64,000 nucleotides of DNA from Dimorphilus gyrociliatus (lineage: Eukaryota; Animalia; Annelida), in NCBI GenBank assembly GCA_904063045.1, contig CAJFCJ010000004.1, positions 122,195 to 186,194 on the forward strand, written 5' to 3'. Every line of letters starts with the position of its first letter. The first letter of the stretch is position 1. Positions 47,826-60,490 of this stretch are shown here, in pieces. A program made the translations under genes and the position numbers. The notes under the pieces were generated by a model, which worked only from the letters and a program-made list of their open reading frames with translations, was not told the origin of the DNA and made no database searches.

Positions 47826-50404
47826 ATGGACTCAACTCCTCGGTCCAAGCGCTCTACGACCTCGCAAAGCATGTACCGTTCGAGTACAGTTGAACATCAC
47901 GGAGCTGAAACAGTTAGTCAAGTAAAGTATCAAAGAAATTCAATAAAAACCCGCAAGATAAGCTCCCAGTTTAGGGACGACCAAGACCATACACCTTCTT
48001 TTAAACACTCTATCAATACCGAGATTAGAAAGTCGACAAGTTCGACGAAGTCTTCCGAAAAGTTTAACGGGAGCAAAAATAGTCTAGTTTCGAATTGGTT
48101 TGAGGTGGAACCAAAAACCGATTATACCTATTCGCACACAACGTCTTATCAGGCTAGTGGTTTGAAAAGGTAAATATATCTTTACTCTTACAGTTTTCTG
48201 AAAACTTTTTAACTGTAGGGTTAAAAATATAATCTTGTCTTTTAACTAGTTCTAGAATATTTTATTATCTAATTAGGTCCCCCCCACCAAACTTATCAAG
48301 AAGAGGTTTAAAACAAGGATCAAGCAGGAGTCTTAATCTCTCTACAACCCTTGATAGAACGTCTCCGAATCATACAAGAGCAGGAACTGTATATAATAAT
48401 AAGACCAATAATTCTCAATATGACATCAGTTTAGATGAAAATTTTAAAGATTTTGGGTCGGAGAAGGACTTTGATTCTACAGCCTCGAATAATTCAAGTT
48501 ATATTGACACTGCCTCAATCGCGGAACTCAGGTCGCGCGTTTCCCAAGTCACAATCGTTTACGCTGTTAGCTCCTTTTTTACAATCTGGTCAACTTGTGT
48601 GTCATATTTTTCAGTAATTGCCCGCATTTCAAAACGAATAGCAAGTAGTGAATTCCTTAAATCTCATTGGGCCAGATATTGGTCAACCAAGTCGGTTAAA
48701 AGCACTCAAAAAGAACATATGAGATCTAGCACCAATGAAAGAACATTTCATAATGTTACTACATGGAGATCTGTTTTAAACATAGTTAAAACAATCGTAA
48801 CACCTTCCTTTATAGTACATGAACGACAGAAGCAACGAAGTGGCGCGGGATTGACACTAACGCTTTGCTATTTTCTCGGTTTCTTCCTGTTTAGTGTACT
48901 CGCTTTAGCATTGTTCATGTGTTTGCCTCAACTACTTCGCTCGGTATCAGATACTGGCTTCGCAGGTTTTGAAGCACCGCAAATTGACAAAGAGATACAC
49001 TTGAAAGACAAAAATGTTCAAACCTTAAGTGATCAGGGGAAAAAAGACGAACTTGCCAACCTTGAGAAAATAAATTTATATCTTACAACTATACAGAGAG
49101 ACTTGAACTCATTAAGGAGCCTAGAGATCAGGCTAGAGACGATCGAAGAAAGCCTGAAAGCAAAAAGTTCAGTTGAAAAAGACGAGTCTTTGATGATAGA
49201 AGAAATAGCCAAGCTGAAGAAAAACCTTAAAATCAATAATGACAAAATGAGTGAAATGCATGACAAATACGATAAAGATATAATAATCCTCAAGGAAAAA
49301 ATTTACTCAAAGTCTGGTGAAAGTGCATATGAAAAAGAGTTCCCATATTTGAAACAAGCTGTTGAAAATTTGAGACGAGACTTTACATCGCATTCTAACG
49401 AAATTAGTGGAAGTTTTAATGAAGTAAACAGCAAAATGGAAACATATGTCACTAATCAGGAACTAAAAATAGCACTGACAAATATACAAAATGATATCCT
49501 CAATTTTAATAAGTCGTTAGACACGCTGAACATGTTTGGAGAGCGATTTCAGGATATCTCTGAGAAGATACACGTCCTAGAGTCGGCTGTCAATGATTGC
49601 AAAAATTCTAAAAGAGAAACAGATAAATCCCTGATTGAATTAAGAAAAGCAATCAATTCTTTGAAAATTGACGCTTTACAAAAGAATTGCTGTGATGAGG
49701 AAAAGATATTGAGTTTAATTAGGAGAGAATTAAAATCTGGTGGGCATGAACTTTATAGGGATTCGTCAGAAAATCTTAAATTGAATGATGCAACAAAGTT
49801 AAACTCGAAAAACTGTATGACAAGAGGTGAAGTTAACGTACTAGTAAAGAGAGCATTTGAAATTCACTTGGCAGATAAGACTGGATTGCCAGATTATGCT
49901 TTAGAATCTGCTGGGGGATCTATTGTTGACACACGATGCTCTGTTACTTATACAGAAAAAAAGTCGCTATACAGATTATTCGGTATGCCTATCTGGTATG
50001 TTATAACAAGCCCAAGAGCTATAATACAGCCTGAAATGCAACCAGGAAATTGCTGGGCTATGAAAGGATCGAAGGGCAGTGTAGTAATTTCCCTAGCGAC
50101 GAAGATATCTCCTACTTCTTTTTCGTTAGAACATATTTCTCGAAAATTATCTATGGACGGAACAATTGCGTCAGCTCCCAAAGATTTTAGTGTAATAGCT
50201 CTGGAAAAACCAAACGATAAATTTGGAGAGAATCTGGGTAATTTCACTTACTCAGACAATGGCGAAACTTTACAAAATTTCGCTGCCAAAGTTTTTGTCA
50301 ACAACACAAAATACGTCCTGTTGAAGATCTTATCAAACCATGGACAACCATCTTATACCTGTATATATAGATTTAGAGTGCATGGACACCAAAACAAGCC
50401 TTAA
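47826..50404 (+). CDS. SUN1: SUN-domain inner nuclear membrane protein (SUN1/SUN2/klaroid type); exons 47826-48169, 48277-50404
   Basis: Ser/Arg-rich nucleoplasmic N-terminus, TM helix, coiled coils and SUN domain (PDYALESAGGSI, PGNCWAMKG, LEHI..SAPKDF, YTCIYRFRVHG). SUN1 versus SUN2 cannot be assigned. Confidence 0.92.
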
Positions 50405-51440
50405 AAGAAGTGAAGATAGTTTGTTGTACAAGTAAAAATATTAAAGAGTATAGAAAAACTGCTTTCATTTTTTTATGTTGCTGAAAGTTATGGTTCATGC
50501 ATTTGTTGCCCTTTTCTGTTAGAGTAGTGGTTAAAGTTTTTATTGCCCAGGTTTAATAATCTTAATGCCTTAAATTTCAAGTAAACAGTTTGTAGGCACG
50601 TTGTTTAACTTTTTTTAACTGTGAAAATTAAAGATTTGCCCTATATAAACTAACAGTAATCTGTTGAACAAAAGTCAAGTTGCCTTTATTTATTTAAAAG
50701 ACCGCGACACAAAGCAAATTTTTTTTCTTTTGAAAACCTCTGCTATTAAAGCTCGCTTTGTTTGCATACGTACGTATCGAAATTTAGGCCTTTCAAGCAT
50801 TTCCTCAGCTCATAAAAAGAGCTTGAATAATATATAAAAAAAAGGATTTTTTAATATTTTGCCAAGGATTTTAGAGATTTTTAGGGTGCATTTAGCATGC
50901 TTATCACGTTCGTTTCCTTAAAAGCAAATATGGAATTACGTATTACTGCTGCAGTAACTCGACTATATCAATACGTCTCCTCTCTACCTCACTTTAACAA
51001 AGCTTTTATAACTAAAATGAAAATTCCCGTAATCGTCGTAGTATAATAGAAGAAAATTTCTTTTTCATTATTATCAAAGCGCGCAGCATTAGCATTTATC
51101 TGTAGCGAAAATCTCGTAAATCTTAAGAAATAATACTTTCATTGATAACAGTAGACCAGTAATAAAGGGAAAAAAAAAATTTCAAAATGTATTCTCATTT
51201 TAGTTGGCCATCAGATAATATCTCAAAGCTCAAAATTAATTTTCTGTTTTTCTTTTTTTAATTTTTGCAGTATTCGACAGTTTCGCACAGTTCATAATGA
51301 GATTGAAAACAAAAATTGCACTTGTCACAAATGTATTGAATGAAGCGAAATAAGACATCTCTTTCAACTTCAAACACGGACTTTTATACTAATATAAAAT
51401 TGACCAAAGCGAAAGGAAAAGAAAGGAACAAAATAGGAGC

Positions 51441-52293
51441 ACTGATAACGTAAACTCACTAATGAAAAAGAATTTTAATCTTGATTCTTCTGTTTGATCA
51501 GTGACGTACCAGGTAACAGTTGTCACGATTTATATACGACCAAATTAAATAAGCCATATATTTTGAAAAAAGGAATTTTTTGTTGCGTTCCACAGTAAAC
51601 GGCTGATAAATTGGAGTTTGCGGTATACAGAAAACTTTTCAATCGCGTCAATACGAACAATTTTACTGGTTTTGGCAATGGTGTACCAGATGTTATCGAC
51701 CATGCTTCAAACGGACATATTTAATTGCCATTTTTCTTTAATTAATTCATCAGTTGTTTGGCATACGGAGTTCCCAATGCCATGGTAACGCCCAGTACTC
51801 GTAAAAATGTCGTGGGAGACTGTAAATAAACTTATTGATTTTGGTTTTGTTGAAAAATATTAATTTCAACAAACCTGAGGAATATGGAAAAAGAGACGTC
51901 TTTGTTGCATGTTTTGAGTTTAAAGGAATTCTACGTATCTGTGTACAATTATTCCATAAAGCTCATTTATTGACAAATATTTCCAGATCAATTTACCTCA
52001 TTGATGGCCTACAAACCAAAATGGCGGCTCAGATTAAATTTATTTTCATCTTTACTCCAAAAATCTTAAAGAAGGAACTGCAAATAAAATATTATTACAA
52101 ATATAATATTTTTATGTATATAAATCTTTTATTAGAATTGTAAATTAAAAGCTGTTAAATGAAATATTAGGGATGTTTACAAAAATTCCTACCTTTTTTC
52201 TCCACAAAATAGTAGAGGGCGCTACAAAGAGTTTGCAGCCAATCGTACGCAAGATATTATTATAAATTGAATATTCAGCAACGTGGCGGGAAA
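51441..52293 (-). other. Candidate spliced transcript without a long ORF
   Basis: Four canonical-looking minus-strand introns (52192-52078, 51996-51939, 51874-51820, 51509-51442) downstream of E2F and CCAAT motifs. Confidence 0.3.
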
Positions 52294-52791
52294 TTAGCTT
52301 TAATATTTATGATAAGCACTCAAACTCGCGTAAAATATATTGGAAAGATTGTAGGAGTGATCGAAAGTCTGTCCTATGATATATTGATTTCCAATTATGA
52401 CTATATAAATTGAAAGAATACGACACTGTAAGCTTTAGCCTTGGGCTCTTATTTCCAATAAATCAATTTATTAAATGTCTTGACGCCTTCTTTCATTATT
52501 TAGTCCTTAAATTGAATTAGAACTAAGAAAGCTGTATTAATAAAATTGATATATAGAACATTTAGAATGACGATTAGTTGAATTAGCTTTGTTCTCAAAA
52601 AAAAAGAGTCAAACATCAAAATCTCCACGATCTGATTAATAATACTGAAGAGAAGATTAAGGAAATACGTCGGTCCGTCTTCCGAGTTTGGTTTTATCTT
52701 TTTTGTTTTTTTGAAAAAAATATGTCAATTCAGAAAATTGTGAAATTCACTTATGAAAAACAGAATATAGTAGAAATAAATAATTGTTTAA

Positions 52792-53633
52792 TTAATTCAA
52801 GTCGTCTTCGTCGTCAACTTTCAAGCGGGTCTGTTCCTTCTTCTCCCCAGCGTCTATTCTCTCACTCTGTAAGAATAGTTTTCGACTTAATTAGTTTATT
52901 ATTTATGACCTGATTAAACATTTTGTAAAATTACATTGGCATAAACTTGGTTAGCTCTTTGGTTAATATTAAATAAGTTTAAATTGAGTAAATGTTTTCT
53001 TTTTTTTAACTTTAGATTAAAAATAAAATTGCTCGGTAGATGGCGTAGGAAAATTGAACATTTTCCTTTTTTTCAATTGCTTTCATTTTATGATATAGCT
53101 ATACTTTACTATACACTTACTTTAAACTTGTCATTAACCACCCCGGTGTTGTTATTTTGAGATTGAATGTCAGATATATCCCAAACTCGAATGTCGCCAT
53201 CGTGTGAACCAGTCAGTAATCTGCCATCCGTCACCTGCATACAATTTATTGCAAATTGATGGCCTAAAAACGTTCTCTTCAGGGCACCGCCCTTAGCATC
53301 GAACGCTCTAACGACACCGTCGCCACAGGAGGTGAACACTGTTGAATAGAAAGAAAAAAAAAGGTGATATAGCATGCGCTCCGTCTTAAAGAAAAGGTGA
53401 TAAATGATAGTGACACTAGTAAATTTATAATTAATAATTCTAATGGTAAATAATACTAAAGGACAAGGGGGGAAAGCCAAGTGACTTTTCTCATAGCAAA
53501 TGCGGGGTTGAGTCTGAAAGTAGACTGTTTATTCCCAGATCGAAGACAAATAGCATTTCAATAATTGTTCAAAGGTGAATCTATCGACAATCAATTGCTA
53601 GATTATCATTCTTCTCTAATTGAACAATACAAT

Positions 53634-53669
<36 letters not shown>

Positions 53670-55355
53670 TATTTGTACTGTCTGTGTACAGGATATATCA
53701 ATGCTAATTGATATATTCTACATAGACTAATGTATATAGTATAAATTTTATACAGTATATATATACAATACATACAATACATTGAACATATTGTATATAT
53801 TGTATGCATATGGTATACTATAGACTCTAGGGAGAAACATACTACACATATAGTAAATATTATAATAAACATAAGCATGAAATGAAGTGTTTCATCACCT
53901 CAACAGCATTTACGATACTATCATGTCCTACTAAAACTCGTTTTAGGGTTGCAGATTTGGCGTGAAAGACCCTTGTCATCCCATCTCCGGAACCAGTTAT
54001 TACTTGAAAAGAGAATTTAATTAAGTCTTAATGATTTTTCTAGCTTAAGTCAATAAGAGAAAAGACTGTATATTCTCCGTTTCTAAGCTTATTTTCGTAA
54101 TTTTATGATAGTATTATGAAGAATAATAATAAATAATAATATTTTTTGACGTAAAAATTTTTATTATCATAAATACTCACGCAATCCATCGTAGTACTTT
54201 ATGCAGCTGATTGTATGCTTATGACCCTTAAAGTTTCTTGTACAGTCTGCAAACTCTGTAACCCACGCCTTTGCCGTCATATCTGAACTTCCGGTGTACA
54301 TTATTTTATTAACGACTGTCATACAAATAACCGAAGATTGGTGGCCTTCAAAAATCTTTAATCGTTCTCCACTAATAATATCCCAACTTCTGATTGTTTG
54401 ATCCGTCGAACCAGTAAACAAGGTCCGACCACTCTGGTTCGTCGACATACATGTCACCTGTATCAATACAAACAAAATTGATAAATTTACATTGACATAA
54501 TTTGCCTTTATTATACTAAAAGTAACAATAATGTTGTGGTGCCGATAAGAGTCCCGTTTTAAAGTCATTAGGAAAAAACAGGTACTTATTAAGTAATAGA
54601 CACGTCAAGATATTCAACTGCCATATTTTATCTAAATATTTACTTAATCAATAAGTTTGCTTTGGTTATATAGTATATAAGATCGATGTTTTTCTTTTCA
54701 CAAATTCATGGAAATATATTATACTAACGGCTCCCTCATGTTCCTTAAACACTCTTAAACATTTTCCTGTTTCAAAACTCCAACTTCTGGCCGTAAAATC
54801 CGCACTGGCCGTAATCAACAGATCTTTATTACCATCCCAATTAAACGCTTCGGGCGTCACGTCATCATAGTCAGCCGGTATAAAGATCAGAGGATAGACG
54901 CCTCGTTTGTGACCGGAAAATACTCTTATACAATCACCCGTTTCCAGATCCCAACATCTTGCTGTTCTATCATAGGATGATGAAAATACAAAATCGCCCG
55001 TGCATAATATCCTGTTAATTAGTGACTTATGACCTGTCATTATCAATAAACATTCACAGGTCGTCATATCCCATTTCCGTAGTGTCTTATCGGCTGAAGC
55101 AGTAATGGCAAAGTTGTCGTCTATAGCTACAGCGTTTATGTAATCTTCATGGCCCTTTAGCAAACCTATACATTCACTTGTTTCTGTTTTAACTGTCCAT
55201 AATCTGGCTGTCCGATCTTCCGAACCAGTAAGTAATACTGAACCGTCCTCTGATAAGCACATACAATTGATTCCTCCTTCATGGTCATCTAGCGTCTGCA
55301 AGTGCCAGCTCTGAGATGAAGATGAAGTTGAATATTTTGAATTACACAGACCCAT
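52792..55355 (-). CDS. WDR86: WD repeat-containing protein 86 (exons 55355-54729, 54457-54181, 53338-53121, 52866-52792; alternative exon 54002-53899)
   Basis: DDHEGGINCMCLSEDGSVLLTGSEDRTARLW, VFSSSYDRTARCW, TLFTGSTDQTIRSWDI and GHQFAINCMQV..LLTGSHDG..RVWD are colinear with WDR86. Confidence 0.9.
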
Positions 55356-55419
55356 AGCTTCACTATAATTATTTGTTGTGGAATCTATTGAACGTTTGTT
55401 TTTAGACGCCCGCCTCAAG

Positions 55420-56701
55420 ATGGCAGTACAAACGCCTTTACACAGATTAGCGGAACGAATGAGCGAAGTGCATGCCCGTATCGAATTGGACGAGACGAGC
55501 GAGAAACGTCTAATCGGAATGAATGAGACGCAAATTGAGTTGGATGTCGAAGTTGGTTCTAGAACTATGAACGTTTCGACGCCTCTGGAGAGACGTCTCT
55601 ATTTCGCCGCTCTTGCCGTCGTACCTTTGTGGATTTTGGCGGGAAATTTTCTAGTTCTACTTACAGTGCTTTTTACTAGACGTCTACGCACTTTACCGAA
55701 TTTAGTTATCGCGTCGTTGGCCGTTACAGATTTCCTACTCGCACTAATCGTCGTTCCCTTGGGCGTCTATCAGTTGGTAAATATTTTTCTTTCTTATATA
55801 CTTTACTCTTTTCCAATTTTACGATATGGTCAAAGGCGTCTAATCTCTTTAATTACATACTCTTTTTCTTTTTTCTCGATTCGATTACCAGGTTCTAGGA
55901 ACTTGGAAAATAGGCCTAGGATTTTGCTTGCTCTGGACCGGTTCCGACGTCTTCCTTTCAACTACTTCCATCCTTCATCTGGCTGCAATAGCAATTCATC
56001 GTCATTTAGCCATTGCTCATCCTCTCCTAGTTCGTCATACGCAAACGAAGAAGCACGTCGTCGTTCTTCTTGTACCCGTCTGGATTCTCGGAGCGGCAAT
56101 TTCTCTTCCATTACTAGTCCGTGGAGCGTTTCACGAGAGTTTAGTAATAGTCGATAACCGATGCGGAATATTCGATAGGACGTTTGTTGTTTATTCATCG
56201 GCTGTTTCTTTTTTCATACCTTTATTAGTGATGATAATTGTAGATGTAAGAAGCGTTTACCTTTTAAGGGTAGCAGCCAAGAGAACTTTATACGACAGAC
56301 CACCATTTTCCATCCAATCAATCATACAGGAAGACAACCGGTTCCTGGAGGAAAACACTTCAGCTAAATGGAACTCAAAAGAAAGAAGAGCTGAAAATAC
56401 TTTAATTTGGGTATTTGGGTGTTTTGTGTGTTTATGGATGCCATTTTTTACGACAAATTTAGTTTACGGATTATGTTCTTCTTGCCAAATTCCGCCCAGA
56501 CTGGTAACAGTTTTCACATGGTTAGGTTATGCTAGTTCCGGGGTCAATCCTTGTATCTATACATTACTAAATAGAGATTTTCGAAGAGCTGTCATCAGCC
56601 TCTTACGATGCGGTAGAGGCGTCGAACGACGGGTACATTTAGCGCGGCGATATATTCGTCCGGCGGGACCGGAAATGGGCACTAGTTCTTCGAGGCTATG
56701 A
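55420..56701 (+). CDS. Aminergic class A GPCR, 5-HT2-like (exons 55420-55776, 55892-56701)
   Basis: SLAVTDFLLALIVVP, SDVFLSTTSILHLAAI (D3.32 retained), CLWMPFFTTN, VFTWLGYASSGVNPCIYTLLNRDFR. Start could be ATG 55420 or 55519. Confidence 0.85.
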
Positions 56702-57304
56702 GAAAAGGAGAAGTCGAGTGGATCGATAAGATCGAATTACGTTTATTAAGTAAAAAGGGGAAATAAACGAAGCGTATAACTGCTCCACAGCAAAAGTTGG
56801 GAAATATCAAATAGGCCTATCTTGCCGTTTTCACCTTCCGTACCCGAAAAACGCTAACTGGAATGTACAACGGATGCCATAGAAAGTTTCTACCGTACTC
56901 CTATTAATTTCAATTCACTTTTACTGGGCCGTTCTTCTTTTTCTTTTTTTCTCTTTTAAACATTGGCTTTTATATATGAGCTTCTTTTTGATTTCTTTAA
57001 AGGAAAAAACAACAATACTTAAGATCTTTTGGCTGCTAGAAAGGAGGAAAGTAAAAGCCAATACGGTAAAAGTGCCTCTATAGGATGAAATATTTCAGCA
57101 TCTTTTACTCTGGATTAACTACGGTCAGGGAAAAAAGCAAATTAAGAATTGATACAACAGTCTGCCACAACGGCAAATAAAAAAAAATGAGAGGAGGAGG
57201 AGGAACATGTAGGCCTATTTATAACGGTCTACTGCAAAAAAATTTTTTAAATGTGCTGCAGAAGGCGTTGGCGTCGGCGTATTTCATTGCAGATCGATTC
57301 GAAC

Positions 57305-58465
57305 ATGTCGGAAGAGTCGGTCTCTCGTGCTCTTGAGCTGTATGCCATCCCGGTAACACTGGGTGTTGGTGTTCTCTCAAATATATTCGTTATGATGGTG
57401 ATGAGAAGATTCTGCTCTATCCTATCAACGTGTCTCTATCTCACATTGGCGGGAGCGGTTGATGCTTTAGTCCTTTGCATTTTGGCAGGTAACGCTTGGA
57501 TAGATGTCCTTCATGGAACAGACATTCGCCACGAAGCTCAACATCATACAAATAGTCTGTGCAAAATGTACCCGTTCGTTGAAAATGTTCTAGTTCATCT
57601 CTCTGTGTGGCTCCTATCGGCTGCTTGCATCGAAACTGCAGCGGTAACGCTTAAACCAAGTCAATTAGCTCGAATTTGCACAAAAGAAAGGGCGAGAGCT
57701 GCAACCTTGCTGCTGTTTGTCCTTCTTGTTTGCGTAAACGCTCACTCTTTCTGGACTTACGCTTTAGTCAGACAAGAGAAATCTGGAGGAGAATCGTATA
57801 TGACTTGCAGCAACGTTAAACAGGGAAACATAGACTCGGAGGAGTTCAGAAGGATAGCGTGGCCAGTAATTGATTTCGTAATAGCTGATCTCGCTCCTTA
57901 TTTCGTCTTATTCTCGGCTTCTGTAATTGTAGTAACTCGTAGAATACGACGCTCCGACACGCTCAGACATTCGGCTCAATTATGGAAGTTACATACATTA
58001 GACGCCTCAACCGCAAAGCAACTTCATACTGCTATTATTGCTTTGGCTATCTGCCACTTACTGCTGGTTTTACCAAAATTATCCTATGACATATTTGCTT
58101 TTCTCGAAGGCAATCTTAAATTGTGGAAAACTTCAGGGGATAATAGCAAAGTACCAATTGAGAGTGCTTGGAAAGGGAAGAAAAAACTAGCCAAAACCGT
58201 ATCGTCGCTTTGTATGTACTCCTTTTTAGCGCTGAAATTTTTTGTTTATTCCATCTCTTCCATACGCTTCCGAGTGGAAGTGGTCAATGTATTGACTTGC
58301 TGCTGTCCTAATCGAACACCCCCGCCACCACCTCCCCCGCCAATCTCCTCGACCGCCAATCACCTCAGACAACCAGCCGCTGATCCTCTTCTGACTTCCA
58401 CAGATCTTCCCAACGATCATCCAGCGCAGCGTTCCACTTTACATTTTTCTATTACGTCTGTGTAG
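57305..58465 (+). CDS. Divergent peptide-receptor-like class A GPCR (FMRFamide/sex-peptide receptor-like orphan group)
   Basis: 7 hydrophobic segments; CKMYPFVENVLVHLSVWLL (TM3), CTKERAR (ICL2), VNAHSFW (TM4), PYFVL (TM5); degenerate DRY and NPxxY. Confidence 0.7.
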   Translation: MSEESVSRALELYAIPVTLGVGVLSNIFVMMVMRRFCSILSTCLYLTLAGAVDALVLCILAGNAWIDVLHGTDIRHEAQHHTNSLCKMYPFVENVLVHLSVWLLSAACIETAAVTLKPSQLARICTKERARAATLLLFVLLVCVNAHSFWTYALVRQEKSGGESYMTCSNVKQGNIDSEEFRRIAWPVIDFVIADLAPYFVLFSASVIVVTRRIRRSDTLRHSAQLWKLHTLDASTAKQLHTAIIALAICHLLLVLPKLSYDIFAFLEGNLKLWKTSGDNSKVPIESAWKGKKKLAKTVSSLCMYSFLALKFFVYSISSIRFRVEVVNVLTCCCPNRTPPPPPPPPISSTANHLRQPAADPLLTSTDLPNDHPAQRSTLHFSITSV

Positions 58466-59596
58466 TAGGTATAGGGAATTTTTTTAGCGGATAAAATTTT
58501 GATACTCTTGCCAAAAGAAAGATTTATGTAAGTTAACATTTCAGTGTCGTATATATGTCATACAGTGAAGACTGCTGTATGAACTTCAATTATATGCATT
58601 ATATATCTATGTATTCTATGGACTAAGTATTTTACGTATTTTTGAGAAAAAGAAACGACAATTGTACTTTTACGCTGTATCTATACAAAACCTAGCTTTT
58701 ATACATATCTAACTCTCAACAATATCTCTGTACACTACACTCAGAGACACCAACAAGGCTACTGTATTGTATATATAATACTTATAATATTACCTTCTAC
58801 GTTTATAAACAATTTACGAGAGTTATGCTTTTAGTAAGTTTCATAAAATATCACAGAATCATTTCATATTTATAGAACAAGGTATCCACATGCATCACAT
58901 GCCCTCAGGTTTAATTTCTACTCAGAAAACATCTCTTTTTACAAAGTAACTCTTCCCTCAAAAGAGATATATCTGTGATTGAGCTCAGAAGATCAACGAT
59001 ATCTTATTATCAATTTACACTCTTGTCTCAAAAATTTGATGAAGAAACAAGAGAAAAAAAGGATATGAATAAGAAATAAAATGCTGAGCCGGTTTGTCGC
59101 GTCTGCAGACGTACTGCGGTTATTAAATAAACGACGATAATTCCTCCTCTACTATATAAATATACAGATTGCATACGCTTTATTCCTATAATTTTTATAT
59201 TGAAATTTACAGACGAGCTAGAATAAAATGGGAAAAAACGCATTGATTAACGATTATACGGTAAAGTGGTCGAGTAACAAGCAGCAATTCCTGTTCGCAT
59301 TAGCATACTTACGTACTGTAGGACTAAAAAGTGAAATGAACTCCCCTACAAACAAAAGGAAATAGACCGACTAAATCGGCTATTGTTATATACGAGAATG
59401 GTCGGCAAATTACTCTATTCCTTTTACTAATCGAAAAGATGTTCGTTAAAATAGCGTGTTTAACTAGAAAGCAGAATATTTTTACAGCTCAATAGAGTGT
59501 CGACTAGAATAGCAAACAAAGAAGCAGTCCCTCCCTAATTATGTCAGTGCTTATTGTCTTTCGACGCTGGAGCTAAATTTTTCCCTGCGTATCTCT

Positions 59597-59672
59597 CACT
59601 CTGACACTTCTCTATCTCTCTCTCTCTCTTTCTCTACAGCTCTCTTCCTATCTAACCCACTGTCTCTCTTCC
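59597..59672. repeat. (CT)n / polypyrimidine tract
   Basis: ctctctctct-rich run visible in sequence; boundaries approximate. Confidence 0.8.
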
Positions 59673-60490
59673 TTATTCATTGTCCATTAAAATGGCTAAT
59701 CTAATTTTAAATAATTGAAATGCTATCTTCCATTTCTTAAATGATAAAAAGAATTTTATCCTATAATTGATGTTAATAAAACCGTCTTTTTTGTGTGTTA
59801 AGCCTAGATAAAAGTGTTTTCCCAAATCTCCTACTGGTAAAACATTATTTTCTTATGGTAGTTGACGAAACAAGGGGAACTAGAATTTTACCACCCAATT
59901 TAAAAGCTTCCCATTTTATCTCCTTTGATGTTCCCCGGGAAAATCCTCAAAAAACATATATGTTCATTAATATTAGTATACTTTATAGTAAAAAAACAAG
60001 TGTCTTTTGCCCCAATTTTCTTTTAGCCTTTAGCTTTTTTGTTTTTAATCAGTAATTTCATCTCATTAATAGAGTAATCAATTATCTACATTTATTCTAG
60101 CTTAAATGTATAGCTAGAAAAGTAATTTTACATAGTTCAAAGATCAACTAAAGTAGCTTTTGTCATACTGTTAAAACAAATATGAAATGGTAGTCCTTTG
60201 ATGAATCTATAGTATTATTATTTTTGTCTTCAAACGCCATGTCTCTTCTTATTAGCATTTCCTTATTAACTACACTTGATGAAATTTCAATCGATTTTTA
60301 CCGTGGGCTTTTAGGCTTCTATAGTTTACTATTGAATAAACAAGTTTAGTGGTCGTGATAAAAGAATATAAAAGTATTTGAGCGCCAAAAGAATAAAATG
60401 AATATCTCGTGTAAACTGGTATAAGATATAGCTCTTTAAAAAAAAAGAACAAGCCTGAGTAATGTTTTACTTTTCAACAAAGAACTGTTT

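Noticed and set aside
53109-53120. WDR86 ending at VSV* as in the ORF track
   Set aside because: A perfect GTAAGT donor at 53120 and an in-frame terminal exon at 52866-52792 fit better.
58466-60480. Short ORFs and possible ncRNA in the 2-kb gap
   Set aside because: No tRNA, snRNA or snoRNA signatures recognised; ORFs are low-complexity. Likely UTR or regulatory sequence.
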